64,000 nt of DNA from Epiperipatus broadwayi. Lineage: Eukaryota; Animalia; Onychophora. The stretch lies in NCBI GenBank assembly GCA_028023455.1, contig JAQFVV010000007.1:16864001-16928000 (forward strand), given 5' to 3'. Made by a program: the position numbers and the translations under genes. Under the pieces are notes generated by a model. It saw only the letters and a list, made by a program, of their open reading frames with translations, was not told the origin of the DNA and did no database searches. Each line of letters begins with the position of its first letter. Within the stretch, counting starts at the first letter, position 1. This document shows, one piece after another, positions 39,146 through 50,959 of the stretch.

Positions 39146-39929
39146 CTCATTTCAATTAGAAGCTCAATTCTGAGATGTTATTCTCCATGATTATACAATC
39201 TGAAGATTATTTTCACACTGTTTGCTTTTAATAAAGCAAAGCAGAGGGTTGCATTTAGACAATAGCTAGAAATTATCAATAATGATCAATATACCCATAA
39301 AGTAATACCCAATTTGTTTTATTAAATTGATAAAGATTTTTCGTTTTTAATAGTTAAATATTTTTTTAATTAAAATTTTACAGAATTCAGTTATTCTTAT
39401 TTTAAAATTTACAAAAATTGGATTTTTTAATATATTTTATTATTGTAAAACCATACATTTTATTCTGTATGGTTTTAACAGGTTAATTCCAGCCATAATT
39501 TACTATTTTCAAAATTTCTCTCGAGCACTTTAAATTATATTTTTGGCAATAGTATCATTAATAAACCAAACTACATACTACATAATAAAGTTATTGTTTT
39601 CCTAAAAATTTGTGATGATGGTATTTTAGTTGTATTTATATGCTGAACTCTTTCCATCATTTAGTATTGGGTATTAAATGCCTTTAGAAACATTTAATTT
39701 TATTTAAATATTCAAAGTACATTCATCTGTTACTAATAACACACAGGTTAATAAATATATGCACAATGTTTCAAGAGGTATTATTCTCCTCTTTTCTTCA
39801 GGTGTTGTTGGCCTGACCAGTGATAGTAGTAGCATGGGAATTCAACATGGACTCTTAGATTCTCGAATATTGAATTTTAAGATAGATAACATAAAGAACC
39901 AGCAAAAGAAATAAACAATTATTGGTATT

Positions 39930-40380
39930 GTAGTATATTCATATATACCAAAAATATCAAATGTGCATATTAAGAAAAATATGCAATCAATATAACATGA
40001 GAACAGCTTTCCAGAGCTATACCACACTCTGAGAAATTCTAACATTTACAAAGCCTAAAGTGGAAATGCTGAAAAACAAAAACTGCATCTATAAAATACC
40101 ATGTGGGAGGATATATATTGGTAAGACCAGTATCCCCAATGAAAAGTGATTACAAGAGCACAAACTGATGATTAGAAGAGAGAAAACAGATGTGTCTAAG
40201 GTAGCAGACTACATATGTACTTATGACTATATGTTCAATGAGAAAATACAAAAATATTGGATAGAGAGAAAAAGATACAAAAAGAAAATTCCAAGATGCT
40301 GCTCTCATGTTAATAGTGAATAATCCCATAATTCAATCTACTGTAACTATACATAATGTATGGAAACCACTAATCAACTT
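39930..40380 (+). mobile_element. Penelope-like element ORF remnant: GIY-YIG endonuclease region
   Basis: EILTFTKPKVEMLKNKNCIYKIPCGRIYIGKTSIPNEK*LQEHK (motif at 40081-40164), then SKVADYIC and VWKPLIN. This matches the PLE VYKIPC..YIGET..R..EH, SAxAEH and W.PLI pattern. Confidence 0.8.
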
Positions 40381-43300
40381 TTCCCTTAAGAAAAAAGTGG
40401 ATAAATCAGAAAGAACTTCATAGATAAGTATATGACTCAGTTGATTTGAGTGTTACTTTAAAATTCAATATTTAAGAATCTAAGAGTCCAGGTTCGATTT
40501 TCATGCTACTAATGTCACTGGTCAGACCAGCTACACCTAAAGATATTCAATACACATAATAAAGTTATGTCTACACATAAAAAATAACACACCCTCCTTC
40601 TTTATTCAACTTATAAAATGGCTAATTCAAATTCAGTGTAGGGACACATTACAAAATCTTACAAAAACGAATGTTTAATTACTGAATACTGTATATTAAA
40701 ATATGTTCTATATCGAGCTACAAATAATTGTAATAATCGTATATTTCCTCCATACCTTAGAATCAAAATGCTCTGAATTATAAATACTAATACATGCTCC
40801 AGAAAACTATTCACTATAAGGGACACATGTTCCATTTATATTTTATTAGTTCACCTTTACGAGTTCGAATATAGAAATAATCGATTTTGTAATTCTTTCT
40901 TTTTGACTAACAATATTAGTTTTATTTTCTACAACCTTTCTTTTGTAATATTTTTGATTAATATATTATCTTAGCTATTTGAAATACATTATTATTACTC
41001 TTGTATAACAAGATAGTAGTTACATATACTGTATATCAATTAATTCTAAAAGATTAAACGCTTCTTCTCTTCCGCAAACTGTAATATTTGTGTTCACGGT
41101 TTATAAACATAAAACTACAAAAGGTATAATCGTATTAAGTATATTATTTGCTGAGCAATTAATTAAAAAGAATCAAATATTTAATTATTAAAAAAATGGA
41201 TTATGTAGATATCCAATTTACATAAAGCACAGTAAACTTTAAAGTTGTTTCATTAACTGCAGAACAATTGAACGATAGGAATCTTCTGACAGATTACGCT
41301 CAGTGAATGATATACTTAATACTTTATACCATTTCTTGTTTAATATATCAATTAATTGTAAAACTGAAAAAAAAAAATCGTTAGTCCACCTATTCTGAAT
41401 GATTAACTGTCAAATATATATATATGGGGGGGGGGTCTTTAGTTCACACTCAGCCTCGTTATAACAATTCTTCATTAAGACCATGACCTTGACAAGGATT
41501 AATGCTATTTCATCTAAAAGTTGGAAAATAAAACAAAACAATACTCTTTGTAGCCCACAAAAGGCTTTATTTTCATCATATAACTGTGAAAATATTAAAT
41601 ACAATACAGTTAGTTTAAGACGGCAGTTTATTAAAGAGGAAAATACTAACATAATAAAAAATACAAAAATAAATGCCTTACTATTTTGTTAATTTTGCTT
41701 TAAAATAGTAATATAATTTTTGTTTCGATTACGAATAGATAATCTGGTCATAAGAAATGTGGGAGTGTATATGATTCGACACATTAGCATCTTAAAATTT
41801 TTGTAGTGAACAACCAAACTAAGTTGTTTCATGACATGAGTTGACCTAGCTAAGATGGTGTTGTGGGCAGTTTGAAAAAATAACCAGTCGCCAGTTACAG
41901 TTAACTTTTCACTTGGAATACATTGTGTGAATGAATATATATATATAATGTAGATAGGACATTGACCTCTTACAGTTAATTCTCATGTTCGATTTTACTT
42001 TATTAATTATTTCCCTGCCTATTTTATAGCATTATCATCACAATTAATTAGATTTAAAGTTTATATCTGGGCTAGGAATGACAGGATAATTTCTACCCTA
42101 TGGTTATTTGAAACAGATGGCATTAACATTGCAAATACAGACAGTATACAATCACTTGCGAAACCAGAATGTATTGAGTTATCAGCATGGGCATAGATAT
42201 TCAGGTATCTAATACACTAACTCATTTGAAAAGTAAAAGTTATTTATCAAATGCATGTGTAATGAAAAATAATCTGAAATTCTGTAATAGTGGATACTTA
42301 TAATATGGTAGTCACTCTTTCACAAAATCTTAAAAAGATGATAGAAACCTGCCTCTATCTTACATGAGAGTAGAGTAATGAAATGTATTAAGTAATCAAT
42401 ATTCATATGGAGACCCATGTATATGATACCTCTATCTCACCTGAAGTGTCTGGGTGTGCATGTGAAATGCATGCATAATGAGAGAAGGTGATCTGATAGA
42501 AATCAAAAAATCTAAAAATATATACAGGTGTGTGTATAAACCTTCAATTGCAAATAAATCTAAGCTCTAAAACAAAGCAAGACCCAATCCATGATGTTTT
42601 TAGACTATCACTTTTGGTACTATAATTCAAGTGTTTCAAGCCTCTAACTCATCTGACAATAGAAACTTGCTCTTAAAATACATATATAAAGAGAGAATCA
42701 GATATTGGTTTAAACATTTTTACACTGGGAGTGAGTTTACAATATAATAGATTCATTCAAAAAGTATCTGAAATTTGATTGGTTGCAAACATATAAACCA
42801 AAAATACCCAAAGGTGATTGGTCTTAATCATCATCAAAATACATAACAGTCAACATTTGAGCACTTTTGGTTTACATATATATTATTAAAAATTCAAGTC
42901 CATACTGCTAGCTGAAAATTCACATATAAAAATGCCATATCACCCTCCCAAACATTAAAATATTCAACAGTGCCCTCTATGGATGAATATAAAATCTAAA
43001 TTTCAAGCAGTACTGTCCAAGAGGTTACCTTAAAGTTTAGGAAAGATGTGGCATTTTTATCGATATTAGTGTATTTGTAGGAGTGGTTTGGTTACTGCCT
43101 GTTATAAAATGACTATTAAAAAAAAGTTATTTAAATGTAAATAAATAAAGTATTATTATATATGAAGAATTTCATTTAAATTAGAAAATATAACTTTGAA
43201 AGAATTAATATTAGTTTTATTGGATGTAGGATTTGTAAATAATTGCTAATGAACGTATAGTTGCTTGAAAATAGAAATAATGCACATTAAAATACACCTC

Positions 43301-43789
43301 AGCCATTATTTAAGCACTTTCCGTTTATTTATATATATTAATGCATTCAAGGAAATGGTTTGATTATATAAAATGATTATTAAATTTAAAAATTATTAAA
43401 TATTTTTTTTTGCTCAGTAGTTCATAAGAAATGTGGCCACCAGAAATGCCAGAACTGGAATCGATCTGAGATTAGACCCTTTATCATCTATCATCAGATG
43501 TTTACTTCTTGGCTGATTTAAAGTAATGTTAAAAACTTCTCAACAGTTTTAAATTTGATTCCAAATAATTTATTACAACTTGTAATTAGCTTTTAGAGGA
43601 CCTATAAAGGTGGTGTATAGAAGGGTAGAAACGTGAGTATGAATATCATAATATACTATTAAAGAACTATTTGTTGATTTATATACAGCGTGGATGTGAG
43701 ATATTTTTGCATATGGTGAAACTAATTTCAAAGTAATTGGTTAAGCTTTTCGTATATATTCTATCTGGTAAGCATACGCTCAAAATGTG

Positions 43790-45030
43790 CAATGGATTTT
43801 TTCAAGAAAATAAAAGATTGGTAATGATGAGTTAGAAGTTCACAACTACAAAAACCTTGGTCAGATTGTTACTATAGATGGAATGTAATTTTAAAATAGC
43901 TTCTTTGTTAAGACAACTGTCAAATTTTCCTCCTTTTTTATAAACCTGTTTGTACTTTTAAACAGAGTTTTGATACATAGTGAGTCAAATGATATTTTAT
44001 CGGTCGTGTAAATTGCAAATGAGGAAAAACTTCATTCGGGCATGCTAAAATATATGTCTAATCCTCATGCTAAAGAACCCAGAGAATGTATTTTCTGTAA
44101 ACATAATATAAAAAATAATTATAAAAATATAAGATGGCTATCACAATTTGTTTCACCACACATAGGAAAGTTATATCCACATTGAACTGCAGGTGTGTTT
44201 AAAAAGCAGTATAAAAGATTATCAGCATTGTTTATAGCAAGAACTGCATGTTTAATGCCTTTTTATTACCAAAAATTGGAATATCTAACTGATCCAAAAT
44301 TGTTTGATCCAGTTAAAATCAGGTTGTTGTTTTTTTAATATATATAACATATACGGTAAATTAATAACATATTTTTTCAACAAATATTGAATATTCTTTT
44401 GTGTTTGTAGTATTCAAGTATTAAATTTATATTGTCATTTTCATATTAATTCTTATAAAATAATTTTAATGAAACTTTAAATATCAAAAAACAAATAACA
44501 TAATGGATAAAATTAATCATAGAATTAAACTTGATTGGAATACCTTTGGTAGAAATAATTATTATCAAAAGGAAATACTACCAATGAGTTTGAAAAGGAA
44601 GATTTTTAATAAATGTGTTTTATCAGTTCTTACTCATGGGTCTGAGACTTGGACACTTAACAAAAGGCAATACAGTGACTTCAGACAACTCAACAAAATA
44701 TGGAGAAATGCACATTAAGAGTAACAAGAAGAGGTCAAAAACAAATTACATGGGTGAGAGAACAGATGTTACTGACATCATTGAAAGAATTAAGTAATTG
44801 AAATGGATTGGGCTGGACGTGATTTTAGAAGAGATGCTAATAGATGAGCACTTGAAATCTTAAACTGGATTCTAAGAGATTGTAAAAGACCTAGAAAGAA
44901 ACTACATATCAGATGAATGGATGAAATAAAAAGAATGTTGGGGTGATGTGAAATCTTGAGTCTAAAGATCAGAGATGCATTGATGCAAAGACCATCCTGC
45001 AATGGGTCGATAATGGTTAAAAATGATAAT
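43790..45030 (+). mobile_element. RTE LINE 3' portion interrupted by a retrocopy insertion
   Basis: KIGNDELEVHNYKNLGQIVTIDG up to 43883, resuming MDKINHRIKLDWNTFGR at 44503. The uninterrupted junction is visible at ~8060-8110. Confidence 0.8.
43884..44496 (+). pseudogene. mRpS18C: Processed pseudogene of mitochondrial ribosomal protein S18C
   Basis: From 44054: MSNPHAKEPRECIFCKHNIKNNYKNIRWLSQFVSPHIGKLYPH*TAGVFKKQYKRL..LMPFYYQKLEYLTDPKLFDP, matching bS18m/MRPS18C (NPY..P...CILC...DYKN..LLSQFVSP..G..Y..MP..Y.DP.YL.DPK). No introns, in-frame TGA at 44183, A-rich end. Confidence 0.85.
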
Positions 45031-45472
45031 GAAAACTCATGTATGTGAATGTGGATAACTATAAAACCCGCAGTCTTGAGCTTGTAGTTTAAAAGATTTT
45101 TACTGTTTACTGAGTTTCAGACAATGAGAGCATATTTATAAAACTAATAACTTATATAGATCGTTAATTAACGCATGGTTCTTGGACCGACTTTATTAAA
45201 GAGATAATACAGAAGAATGTTAAATAAAGTTATGCTATTTATTATTTAGGTATGGAGTTTGTTTGGACAGCTTTACGATTATAAAAATGTCTTAGAAGAA
45301 CCTGTAGAGATTCCAATTGGAGTATAGATTCATCAGTGATTTTATTAAATCCTTCAATTCCGCTACTGTAGCTATAAATTTAATACTTGTTAATAAATGT
45401 TCTCATATCAGTAATTAATTATGTTTATATAAAATGATTCGTGTTTTAATACATATAAAACCTGTTTATATA

Positions 45473-45663
45473 TAGGGGTTTGAACTCAGACTTTCACACG
45501 ATCCTCAATCATTATGCTGTGTGTGATCAAGTATATCAGCGGTATGTGATAGCATGATGTTTGAGGGTCATGTGAATGTCTGAGTTCAAACCCCCTATAT
45601 ATTACATATAAACGTGCAGGTATGAAAAAAGCCTGTTCTGTATTTAAAAAATTCATCTTTCAT
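45473..45663. mobile_element. Short family B fold-back insertion with 14-bp TSD
   Basis: Arms taggggtttgaactcagac..tgct / agca..gtctgagttcaaaccccta. Direct repeat aacctgtttatata at 45459-45472 and 45664-45677. Confidence 0.75.
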
Positions 45664-45996
45664 AACCTGTTTATATAAATTTTGATTTGTGAACGGATTT
45701 ACGTAAAAGGAAGCATGTGAATATAAAGCATATTTAATAACACGTTTTAATCTTATCCATTAGAAGATTGCTTATAAAGAACAAAGTCTCGTGAATAATA
45801 AATATATTAAGCAATAATTAAAAAAAATCGTTCTTATTTTTAAAAAATGCTTTGATCAAAGCAGACAAAAAATTAAAAATATATATATAAAATTAAAAAA
45901 AAAAAAATGTAAATAATTTTTTAAAAAAAACGATCAAACTAAAACGGCTACAGGACTGAAATAAAATTATATTTGCTATCCAATCAAGCTCCAACC

Positions 45997-46446
45997 ATGG
46001 TTATCGCTGATCCTTCCTCAGATAGTATGCAATATCAATTTGGGCTTAGTGCCTACCACAAAAATGATCTGAAACCGTTTCCAGGATGTATATTTACTCC
46101 AAGCACTCCCGTGCCGGCATATCCATCCTGTAATGACCCTTATTATTTTTCAATTTCGCATCCTTGTAAATGTATTAGTGGAAGATTAGAATTCCAGCCT
46201 TACTTCGATCCTGGCACTGTGGGCTACATACACAATTTTTTGCCTAAGTTCGATCCAGAAATGGCTTTTAAAGAAGGATACACTGGACATATTCCCAGGA
46301 CCCGAGTATTGGAACTTGGAAAAGCAGAAGCTATGCAGAGAATTATAAATAGAGCTAATCATCTCCCGCCATGTGTTCATTTACGATGTTTTCCTCCTTA
46401 TTTTCCAAAACCAAGAGAATACAATCCTTGTAACTGTTGCCGGTAG
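45997..46446 (+). CDS. 149-aa Pro/Tyr/Cys-rich protein, paralog of 32685-33140; possible FAM166/CIMIP2-like
   Basis: ATG in ACCATGG context. Uninterrupted ORF MVIADP...YNPCNCCR containing EGYTGHIPR. AATAAA at 46499-46504. Confidence 0.87.
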   Translation: MVIADPSSDSMQYQFGLSAYHKNDLKPFPGCIFTPSTPVPAYPSCNDPYYFSISHPCKCISGRLEFQPYFDPGTVGYIHNFLPKFDPEMAFKEGYTGHIPRTRVLELGKAEAMQRIINRANHLPPCVHLRCFPPYFPKPREYNPCNCCR

Positions 46447-46825
46447 TTTGCAAAAAAATAGTAAAATAATTAAGAACCGATGGTTTCTTCATTTAAAGAA
46501 TAAAAAAAAAGAAAAATACTGAAAGATAAAAAATGTAATTTTATAAAATAAAAGATGTGTAATGTTATTTAGATATTTGTGAATTATTGTTGTTAATATA
46601 GGTTTAAATTTAATACTGATACATCACGTGATGTTTTGAAATGCTTTACTTTGATTATATATCAAGGTAGATTATTTTTATAGTAGCCAACTAATTCACC
46701 TAACAATCTAATGTTTTTTTTAAGTAAATGAATATCTAGCTATTTTTAATTAGAGAATAAAAGAATGAAAAACTTTTAATTACTAACTAGCAAATAGAAA
46801 ATATAAACAAGCTGTTTTCTTTACA

Positions 46826-46970
46826 TCACATGGTCACCATTCTTTATATTTGTTTATACAGAAGCTAAACTCTCTATACTGCAATGCAAGCTAGAGAGAT
46901 AGGGATTTTACGCACAAACCTTCTTACATTCATTCGTTACTCTGGCTTGCCCTGGAGAGTTTAGCTTCTG
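46826..46970. mobile_element. Short family A fold-back fragment with 13-bp TSD
   Basis: Arms cagaagctaaactctc / gagagtttagcttctg. The interior matches 550-598. Direct repeat tgttttctttaca at 46813-46825 and 46971-46983. Confidence 0.7.
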
Positions 46971-49900
46971 TGTTTTCTTTACAGTTTTTCAATGAGAAGG
47001 AGTTGGAACAGGTTTTGTCTTACAGTGGTCATTTAACGCTTTTATTTGTGTGTGTGTATATATATATAATTCATAATCGTTTCCGTTGTTCACTAATCTG
47101 ATAGGTCTTTATTACATAAAGATATATACATGCATTACATTTTCAATGAAGAGCTAACTTATTAGTTAAACGAAAGTAACAATGTGTTTTATATCTACAT
47201 AGATGATCTTCAATGACCTCTCTGCCATTATGTAATCTTGCAAACCATTTGAAATGTTTTTAATCTTCATGACTCGACTTTATACATAGTTTGAATCGTT
47301 TCAAACGTTTCAGCAGCAATTTTTCCCCAATTAAAACAAAAATTAATAATAGCATACTGCTCCATGTGCATAGGAAAACATTCTGCCCCATTTCATGTCA
47401 CATCTCGTGATACAGACATATTAATACCCTACAATTTTTATTGGTGAATAGCTAAACAACATAGCTACATAACTCGTGTATTTATTCAGAGATGATACAG
47501 TAGGCAGCTTAGAGAAAGAGCCCAACCATGTTTTTCCTGGGGCACATTTAATAATCTGGATTTTCCATTTTTTACTTTTAACGCTGACTTTTCCGGTGAA
47601 GTAGATTAGTTAAAGTTATTTGCTTGTGTGTGTGTATATATATATGTGAATGAAAAATGTGTGTTTTATGGGATAGTAATGGGAAAACTGTTTTGACTAT
47701 CAAGTTGATTGATCTTCGAACAGGTAGAGATAATACTTATATTAAAATGGTTATACACTAAACAAAAGTCGATGATCCAATTTATATAAACATAAGGTCA
47801 ATGCTATGTCTAAATTTGAATTATAAATTAAATTAAAATATAAATTTTATACAGACTTTATTTTTTCGATTTTTTTATTTTACTTTATCTAAACTGTAAT
47901 TAATTACCAATTATATGCTTTGCTGATTAGTTATTACAAATTTTCAAAGAGCAAAATATAAAGATGAAGGTCCATTATGTACGTTTTATTATTCGCATGT
48001 TTGGCGAATTCGTTCCAATCTATATTTTAAAAAATTCATTTTTACTGCTCTTTTAAACCATTTAACAAAACAAACATTCCATCGAAGATAAATCAAATGA
48101 AATAACAATTATCATTGGATAGATAATTTTTAAATATGCAGTGTTTATAAAACTTTGCTCATATTTTAAGATTCCAACAAGATGGAACACAAAAGCTACC
48201 CTCGGATTTATGTTGTATTCAGCAAAAAAAGAAAAAGAATTACTAGTGTCTTTTTACTTTAGATATATTGGATTATTTTCCCCATATCCAACATAATCAA
48301 GGCTTATCATTCTTGGAATTCACAATTCCATAGTAAAGTATATTTAAAAAGTTCTATTGCTCAAGAATTCGTGTGGAATTCAAGCACTGTAAGTGCAAAC
48401 ACTAAAATCAATTCCAGAATCTCACATTCCAGAATTTGACATTCTACTACTGCTATAAGTGGGACAGGAAGCTTTCATATATGAAAGACGCCAGTTAATA
48501 TGAACTTTATGAAAAATTTCCACTCATCTTGGGAAAAAACTGTTAATACAGTTTCAGACCAAATCCATTGAAGATATGAAAAAATGAAATAAAACCAGTA
48601 CTGTCCTTTATAACTAATGTTTGTTTACCTAAGGTTAGACAATGATGACAAGCTTATATAATTTCTTGATGATGTTAAAAAAGAAAGGTGAGAAAGAGAT
48701 CATGGTAAAAAAAACTTAAGACAGTCTATGGAAGGTTTAAGCAAAAGATCTGATAACTTTTGTGAAGACTTTATGGGGATAAAAGCACATATAAAACCCT
48801 TACTGAAAATTCTTATTTGAAAGGATAAAATAAAGAAATAGTAATTAATAACAACAGGGCTAGATGCTGGTTTCAAAAAAATTAAGTCTAAAAATAGTTG
48901 CATTCTCTTAGATGATGAATCAATAGCCAAAACATATATCTGGCCAAATGATTAACCATAGAATAGTATTGGTAGAATTGCAAGAAGACATCTTGGGGAA
49001 AAGGATAGATTTGGCAGAGAAATATCTTGAAATTTGAAGATTATAATTGTTTAAGCTTTGACATATGTTTTTAAGCAGATGGGGCACAGAAATAGCTATT
49101 GGATGCTTTGTTCCAGCAAAACGTTTCTGCTAGAGTGTAATGATTTATACATATTTGATAATTTCTTTATAGTAGTAACAAACAAGCCTTATTACTTTGG
49201 AGTTCATTTTCCTATAGTTGAACATTATCCACTTCTGAGAACATTAAAAAATATATAACTGGAGACAATGGATGTGAAAGCCAGACACTGAAACATAATA
49301 GCAGGGAGAATAAAGAATATGAATAAATTAATATTTGATTACAGTGAAGTCATATCTTAAATTGATTTAATTCATTAAATAAGATGTTGGTGTAAGAGAA
49401 TTATCAGAAATGATATGGATGGATAGTAAACATCATTACAAAATATGTAAAAAAATATATAATTGAATGGTTTATTATTAGAAAGTTTAAAGGAAAGTAA
49501 AGAATAGAAAGTGACAGAATTAGATTATAATCCATGACTTCAGGGTCTGAAGCTGTACCACTGAACCATGCAGAACAAACATATGATAAAATCATTATGA
49601 ATAGTGATCTCACTACCATATATATATATATATTAATATATTTCTCCTCCAACTTTGCCCTCAATGATGTAATTGATATAAACATTTTAATAAAGATTTT
49701 TACAATTAAAAATTGAGATTATAGATATTTTTGGAATGTAATGTGTCAGTCTCATTGCACAGAAAATTGCTATGTCCTGCAATCAAATAATCTCATTAAA
49801 ATCTTTAAAAAAAGATCCACATACACAGAAATCCTCTCACCAGGAACTTTTTTATATGTTTTTATTTAACTTACTTTGGGTTTTTTTTCTGTCTGTCTCA

Positions 49901-50397
49901 CTGTCTGGTGAAATCTTCTAACTTAAATTTCATCCACTTCCCAATTTTGAATCTAGCTAAAACTTGTATACAATTTTTTTACCAATGACCATATTTTTTT
50001 TTAAACTCACCAAACAATTTTAGCAAAAAAAAAATATTTTTTTAATTTTATATGGGTTTAGTATGGTTTATAGTGCAGCCATCTAGTGACATTAAATTGT
50101 ACCTAAATTTAATTTTTGAAACTATATAAAACTAAAAAGTATAAAATAAAAAATGTAAGACAAAAAAATAAAGAAATGCTTTTATTCATGCAAATGCATT
50201 AAAAAAAAACACCAGCTTTCATGGTAATTTGGTATGTAAACAAAATGAATATATGATGCACTTATGCTTAGAAATATTCTTAGACTATTTTTGAATATGA
50301 TTACAGCATGCTTATATTTTGGTCACATATTATCAAGAATATTGAAGGTGTAAAAAATTTATTTTTTGGCTTTTAGTGCATTTATGTGAGCTGTTAA

Positions 50398-50469
50398 GAA
50401 TTAGTGGACTAGCAGTTAGCATAGCTGCCTTCCAAGCAGCTGGACCATGTTTGCTTACCAGTCAACACA
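50398..50469 (+). pseudogene. tRNA-Gly(TCC) pseudogene
   Basis: 72 nt, collinear with metazoan tRNA-Gly-TCC. The anticodon arm GCTGC-CTTCCAA-GCAGC is intact; the acceptor stem and T-loop (gtttgctt) are degraded. Confidence 0.75.
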
Positions 50470-50757
50470 TTTGACATATGAAAAAAAGGGTTTTTTTTAT
50501 ATTAGAATATCTCATTGTAGAGTATTGATAAGTGATATGTCCCAAAAATTTCTTTAATTGTAATATATATATAATATTAATTTTGATGCCTGTGTTCCTT
50601 CAAAATATATATGTAAAATTCAACTTGATATATATTAAATGCAGTAATATTCTTATAAGTCAACTCATTCTGTTAGAAGTACTTTCGACTATATTCCTTT
50701 TAGTCTTTGTCAATTGTATAACGATAAAACTTTGAATAATCAAAATAGGATATTATT

Positions 50758-50935
50758 TTATAACTCCCACAATTTTATTATTTTAATGTTTGATGATTCA
50801 TTAATACTCGATGTTGCCACAAGAAATGAAAAATAAAAGAAACTATATTAATTTCGAGAAATTGTCAAGTTGTTAATCATCAAACATTAAAATAACAGAA
50901 TTGTGGAGAAACCCAATGGAATTATGGGAGTTATA
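50758..50935. repeat. Small fold-back
   Basis: ttttaatgtttgatgatt / aatcatcaaacattaaaa and ataactcccacaatt / aattatgggagttat. Confidence 0.6.
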
Positions 50936-50959
50936 AATATTGTCTCGTTTTGATTATTC

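Noticed and set aside
40430-40505. A-box/B-box-like strings (also ~49520-49570 minus and ~59940)
   Set aside because: No cloverleaf, tail or TSD; could be SINE debris but is unsupported.
47290-47320. Minus-strand CUGCUGA..GAAA..UUC string
   Set aside because: Core A6 is missing and helix I does not pair.
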